From an uncultured delta proteobacterium (GTDB lineage Bacteria > Myxococcota_A > Polyangia > Polyangiales > B10-G4): a stretch of DNA of 64,000 nucleotides. The position numbers were made by a program, and so were the translations under genes. Under the pieces are notes generated by a model. It did not search any database, was not told the DNA's origin, and was given only the letters and a program-made list of their open reading frames with translations. Positions within the stretch are counted from its first letter, which is position 1; every line of letters begins with the position of its first letter. This document shows positions 59,430 through 64,000 of this stretch, piece after piece. The DNA lies in NCBI GenBank assembly GCA_963727445.1, contig CAVSGI010000018.1, positions 18,086 to 82,085 of the forward strand, given 5' to 3'.

Positions 59430-60118
59430 CCGTGCGGCAGGCCCTGGGCGCCGTTCACGATCCAGGTCGCGACGACCTCGGCCGCAGCGATCGTGGCCTG
59501 ACGCTCGAACTGGACCCAGTCCTCGCGGGCGCGGGAGCCGACCATGTGGGTCGCGCCGAGGACGCAGGTGAAGGGGACCTGCGCGAGGAGGCAGGCGTGG
59601 GCGATGGCGAAGGCCTCGAGGTTCTCGGCGTGGCAGCCGTAGGCCTGCGGGATGTCAGCGGCGAAGGCGTCGTCGATGGTCTGCGCCAGGGGCGAGGCCA
59701 CCGTCACCCGATGGGTGCGCTGGCCGGTGGCGGCGAGGCCGGAGGAGAGCATCGCGTGACACGAGAGCGAGGTCTGCATCGGCTCCGGGAAGCTCGACTT
59801 GCCGAGGCGCACGCCCGCGTCGACGAGCTTGAGGTGATCGGTGACGAGCACGTCGTGCGGTCTGAACTCCGGAAAGCCGGGATAGATGCCGCAGGTGCCG
59901 AGGTGGATCACCGCGCGGGGCAGGAGCTGAAAGACGCGCTTCGCCGCCGAGCCCCCCGCCACCGCCATCCCCAGGCCCACCGTCTTCGCCGAGACGTGCA
60001 GCCCGCGAATCTCCCCCGTCATCCGTTCCCCGAGATGCGTGCGGAGGCCGCGCAGGTCCGGGCCGTGGGCGGCGAGGATCAACAAGTCGACGCGCTCTGA
60101 CGGGACGACCGATTCCAT
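59426..60118 (-). CDS. Nucleoside phosphorylase/nucleosidase-fold protein (MqnB/MTAN-like)
   Basis: VGLG, VIHLGTCG, ENLEAFAIA, THMVG. Confidence 0.65.
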   Translation of the reverse strand: MESVVPSERVDLLILAAHGPDLRGLRTHLGERMTGEIRGLHVSAKTVGLGMAVAGGSAAKRVFQLLPRAVIHLGTCGIYPGFPEFRPHDVLVTDHLKLVDAGVRLGKSSFPEPMQTSLSCHAMLSSGLAATGQRTHRVTVASPLAQTIDDAFAADIPQAYGCHAENLEAFAIAHACLLAQVPFTCVLGATHMVGSRAREDWVQFERQATIAAAEVVATWIVNGAQGLPHG

Positions 60119-60231
60119 GGGCCCCGGGAAGATAACGCAGATCCGACCCGGAACGAGTGCCGATCCGGTATGTTCCCCCCGTGGTTTCCGGCTCAGAGCC
60201 CCCCGTTCGGCCACCCCTCGAACGATCCCGC

Positions 60232-61252
60232 ATGGTCTACCGCTGGGACCTGGACAAGACCTACCTGCGCACCGAGTTCGACACGGTGCGGGATCTGCTG
60301 CGCACCGCTTTTGAAAAGCCGAGCCAGAAGCGCACGGTCCCCGGGGCCGCGGCGCTGCTCCGCGAGCTCCGCGCCACCGATCCGGCGGGCGTCTTCATCC
60401 TGTGCGGCAGCCCGGAGCAGATGCGCCAGGTGCTCGAGGCCAAGCTGCGTCTGGACGGGGTGCGCTGGGACAGCTTCACGCTCAAGCCGAGCCTGAAGAA
60501 CCTCCTGAAGGGTCGCTTCCGCTTCCTCAAGGATCAGGTCGGCTACAAGCTCGCTTCGCTGCTGGCGGCGCGCGCCAGCGTCGACGACGACGACCTCGAC
60601 GAGATCCTCTTCGGCGACGACGCCGAGGCGGACGCCTTCATCTACTCGCTCTACTCCGACATCTGCGCCGGGCGGGTGGGCCGAGACACCCTGGTCGCGG
60701 TCCTCGAGCGCGCCAAGGTCTATCCCGAGGACATCCCGGAGCTCGCCGCGCTGGCGGACCGCATTCAGCCGCACGACGCCAGCACGCCGGATCTTCATCC
60801 ACCTCGAACGCGTGTCGCCGGTGAGCGTCTTCGCCGAGTTCGGCGCGCGGGTCTGCCCCTTCTACAACTACTTCCAGCCCGCGCTGGTGTTGGTGGAGCT
60901 CGGCGCCATCGACGGAGACGCGGCGCTGCGGGTGGGCGCGGAGATCGTCATCCAGCACCACTTCAGCCCCGACGCGCTGATCGCGAGCTTCATGGACATG
61001 GTTCGGCGGCAGCAGATCGGGCAGAGCACCGCCGAGAAGCTCCTTTCGGAGTTCGAATCGGAGGATCCCGCGCGCTTCGCGGGGGCCGCACCGGCGCTCG
61101 AGGCCTTCGCCGCGGATCTTTCCAGGCGCCTCGAATCCCTCGAGACGCCACCGCCCATGGACAACCCCATCGTGGACTACGTAGGCCTCTTTTCGCGCGA
61201 CAAGGCCCGTGCACGCGCCGCTCGTCGCCGATCGCGGTCCCGCGGCCGCTGA
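60232..61252 (+). CDS. HAD-like phosphatase-domain protein (frameshift near 60780)
   Basis: WDLDKT (DxDxT), GYK, LFGDDAEAD. Confidence 0.7.
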
Positions 61253-61322
61253 TCGCTCGACGCTGCCGGGACCGGACACTACACTGGTGTCTCAGCCGCG
61301 CTGGCTCCCCCCAGCCGACCCC

Positions 61323-62576
61323 ATGTTCGTCACGCGTCACCTCCCCATCACGCTCCTCGTTCTGCTGAGCTCCGCCTGCGGAGCGAAGACCGGGCTCGAC
61401 GTGCCCGACGGCGACATGGACGCCGCCAACGACGGCACCCTCGACGCGGGCATCGACAGCGACGTCCCCTGCATCGAGGTCCCGGTCGACGGCGGGCCCA
61501 TCGACCTGCCACTCACCACCGAAGCCCAGGTCGGCCGGGCCGACGTCCTGTTCCTGATCGACACCACCGCCTCGATGCAGGACGAGATCGACCGCATTCG
61601 CGACTCGATCCGCGACCGCCTCGCTCCCGCGATCGAGCGGACGCTCCAGGACACGCGCATCGGCGTCGCCACCTTCGCGGACTTCCCCATCGAGCCTTAC
61701 GGCGACGCGGACGCCGGTGACCAGCCCTTCCGTCTGGTGTCGCAGATGACCGACGACCTGGCGCAGATCCAGGCCGCGGTGAGCTCCATCCGCCTGGGCA
61801 ACGGGCGCGACGAGGCGGAGAGCCACGTCGAGGCGCTCTATCAGGTGGCCACCGGCGAAGGCCTCGGCTCCTGGGTGTCGGCCTCCTTCGGCTGCCCCTC
61901 GGGCGGCATGGGCTACCCGTGCTTCCGCGGGGACGCGCTGCCGGTGGTGCTCCTCTTCACCGACGCGCCCTTCCACAACGGGCCTGACGACACCCAGCCG
62001 TACATGGGGATCACGCCTGCGCCGCACAGGTACGACCAGGCAGTTGCGGAGCTCACGAGCCGCGGGATCAAGGTCATGTGCTTCGACTCCGGCGACGGAG
62101 GGGCGCTGGGAGATCTTCGCCGCGTCTCCACCGACACCGGGGCGATCGCCACCGACGGCAGCCCGCTGGTCTTCGATGTGGGCCGGCGCGGCGAGAACCT
62201 CAACAACGAGGTCGTCAGCGCCATCGAGCTCTTCGCGTCCGCCATCGAGTTCGACGTCGACACGGTGCTCGCCGATCCCGACCCGAGCGACGGCGTCGAT
62301 CCGCGCGACTTCGTGGAAGGGATCGTCCCGGTGAGCGCCAACCCGCCGGACGGGGTCTCGTCGTTCGATGACACGACGTTCTACGGCGTGGTCTCCGGCA
62401 CCGACCTCCTCTTCCGCCTGACGCTGCGCAACGACGCCATCGTTCCCGGGCCCACCGCCCGCCGCTTCCGCCTCGAGATCACTTTCCGGGGCGATCGGAG
62501 CATTCGGTTGGATCGGCGGATCATCGAGATCGTCATCCCCGGCGCGGACGGGTCCGGATGCGACGGACCGATGTAA
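61323..62576 (+). CDS. VWA-domain lipoprotein
   Basis: Lipobox SSAC-GAKTGL; MIDAS-like DTTASM; FTDAPFHNG. Confidence 0.8.
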   Translation: MFVTRHLPITLLVLLSSACGAKTGLDVPDGDMDAANDGTLDAGIDSDVPCIEVPVDGGPIDLPLTTEAQVGRADVLFLIDTTASMQDEIDRIRDSIRDRLAPAIERTLQDTRIGVATFADFPIEPYGDADAGDQPFRLVSQMTDDLAQIQAAVSSIRLGNGRDEAESHVEALYQVATGEGLGSWVSASFGCPSGGMGYPCFRGDALPVVLLFTDAPFHNGPDDTQPYMGITPAPHRYDQAVAELTSRGIKVMCFDSGDGGALGDLRRVSTDTGAIATDGSPLVFDVGRRGENLNNEVVSAIELFASAIEFDVDTVLADPDPSDGVDPRDFVEGIVPVSANPPDGVSSFDDTTFYGVVSGTDLLFRLTLRNDAIVPGPTARRFRLEITFRGDRSIRLDRRIIEIVIPGADGSGCDGPM

Positions 62577-63818
62577 CGCGGCGCCTCCTCACGCCGCTCT
62601 TGCTCCTCGCGTCGGCTTGCGGTGCGAAGACCGGTCTCGACACGCCCGATGCCGTCGTGATGGACGCCGCGCCGGACGCCGTGGTGGATGCCGGACCGCC
62701 TCCGACCTGCATCGTGGTCCCCCCCGGCACCGACGTCGTCCGCGCGGACTTCACCGTCCCGGTCACCCTGGCCGTCGTCGACGTCTTCTTCCTGATCGAC
62801 GCCACCGCGAGCATGCGGGACGAGATCGACAACGTGCGCGAGCGCCTCGCCGACGTGGTGGTGCCCGGCACCCGGGCGCAGATCCCCGACGCCGCCTTCG
62901 GGCTGGCCTTCCTCGGCGAGTTCCCCGTCGAGCCCTACGGCCCGGACAGCGTGCGTCCCTACGAGCTCCGCAGCACGATCACCGATGACATCCCCCGCAT
63001 CGAGGCCGAGCTGCAGGACGTGCCGACCTGGGGCAATCGCGACGATCCGGAAGCCCAGGTAGAGGCGCTCTACCAGGTCGCCACCGGCGAGGGCCTCGAG
63101 CCCTGGATCTCGCCGAGCCTCGGCTGTCCGCGCGGCGGGCTCGGGGGCGTCTGCTTCCGGCGGGACTCGCTGCCGGTGGTGATGCTGATCACCGACGCGC
63201 CCTTCCACAACGGCCCCCCCGGCGTCCCCCCCGTCGACGTCTACGACTTCACGGGTCCCCATTCCTACAGCCAGGCCGTCGCTGCGCTTCAGGCGCTGGA
63301 CATCAAAGTGATCGGGCTCGGCGCGCGGGATGCGCGCCGCACCTCGCCTCTCGCACATCTGACCGAGGTCGCCCGGGACACGGGCGCTGTCGGGCCGAGT
63401 GGTCCGCTGGTCTTCGACATCGGCTCGCGGGGGGACGAGGTCGGCAGTGGGATCGTGGACGCCGTGCGCTCGCTGGCCGAGGGCCTTCCCCTCGACGTCG
63501 ACGCGGTGGTGCAGGACGTCGGGGGCGACGCCATCGACGCCCGGACCCTGGTCTCGGCCGTTCGCCCCCTCCGGGCCGAGCCGATGAGCGGAATTCGAGA
63601 ATCTCGGGGAAGACTTCCTGGGGGTTCGGCCTGGGACCCTGGTGACCTTCCAGTTGGAGATAGACGCGAGCGGGCTGCCCCCTTCGGATTCGACACGGCG
63701 CGTTCCTGCGCGCATCATCTTTCGTGCGTTCGGTCGCAGTCGACTGGGCCGGCAGGACGTCGTCATCGTGCTGCCGGGATTGGATGGCGGTGGCTGTGAG
63801 GACCCCGGAGACGAATGA
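62558..63818 (+). CDS. VWA-domain lipoprotein paralog (frameshift near 63600)
   Basis: ASAC-GAKTGL; DATASM; ITDAPFHNG; the paralog-like C-terminus IVLPGLDGGGC* is in a shifted frame. Confidence 0.75.
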
Positions 63819-63825
63819 GGACCTA

Positions 63826-64000
63826 GTGCGCCCCATCACTATCCAGACCCTGGCCGTTTTGCTCCTCGCGTTGGGTTGCGGCTCGAAGTCGCCGCTCACC
63901 ATCCCCGAGCCCACCGATGCCTCGATCGACGTGGTGATGGACACCGCTGTGGACACGCGCATCGACGCCGAGCCGCCCTTCGACCGCTGCGTCGAGCTGC
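63826..64000 (+). CDS. Third lipoprotein of the tandem array (partial)
   Basis: MRPITIQTLAVLLLALGC-GSKSPL...CVEL parallels the N-termini of the two preceding genes. Confidence 0.6.
   Translation, partial: MRPITIQTLAVLLLALGCGSKSPLTIPEPTDASIDVVMDTAVDTRIDAEPPFDRCVEL

Noticed and set aside
1..64000. rRNA, tRNA, IS elements, integrases, prophage genes
   Set aside because: None recognised by eye; small RNAs cannot be excluded without covariance-model searches

Overview
High-GC window that looks myxobacterial (Polyangiales/Sandaracinaceae-like). This is inferred from gene content: Hanks kinases, PEGA, RCC1, VWA and IgGFc-type lipoproteins. Main blocks: (1) a kinase/regulator/lipoprotein cluster at 0-9.5 kb; (2) a type II secretion operon gspC-D-E-F-G'-G-H-I-J-K-L-M-N on the minus strand (9.4-24.1 kb), with a clear sigma54 -24/-12 promoter, an adjacent NtrC-family activator and a recurring TGAC-N5-GTCA palindrome; (3) an aldo-keto reductase, a PA0069-like radical SAM protein, a metallophosphoesterase and surface lipoproteins; (4) an imuA-imuB-dnaE2 mutagenesis cassette with a sigma70 promoter and a Myxococcus-type LexA box; (5) an ECF sigma factor with an unusual multidomain anti-sigma; (6) a PlpX-like radical SAM/SPASM 'splicease' followed directly by a small Zn-ribbon/lipobox protein carrying three LYG motifs, the most interesting candidate system here; (7) tandem FadL-like barrels, serA, a D-2-hydroxyglutarate dehydrogenase-like gene and a second serA-like gene, then tandem VWA lipoproteins. 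Many genes carry small indels, densest at 20.9-25.6 kb. These are most likely long-read assembly errors. All assignments come from motif recognition by eye; no database searches were run.
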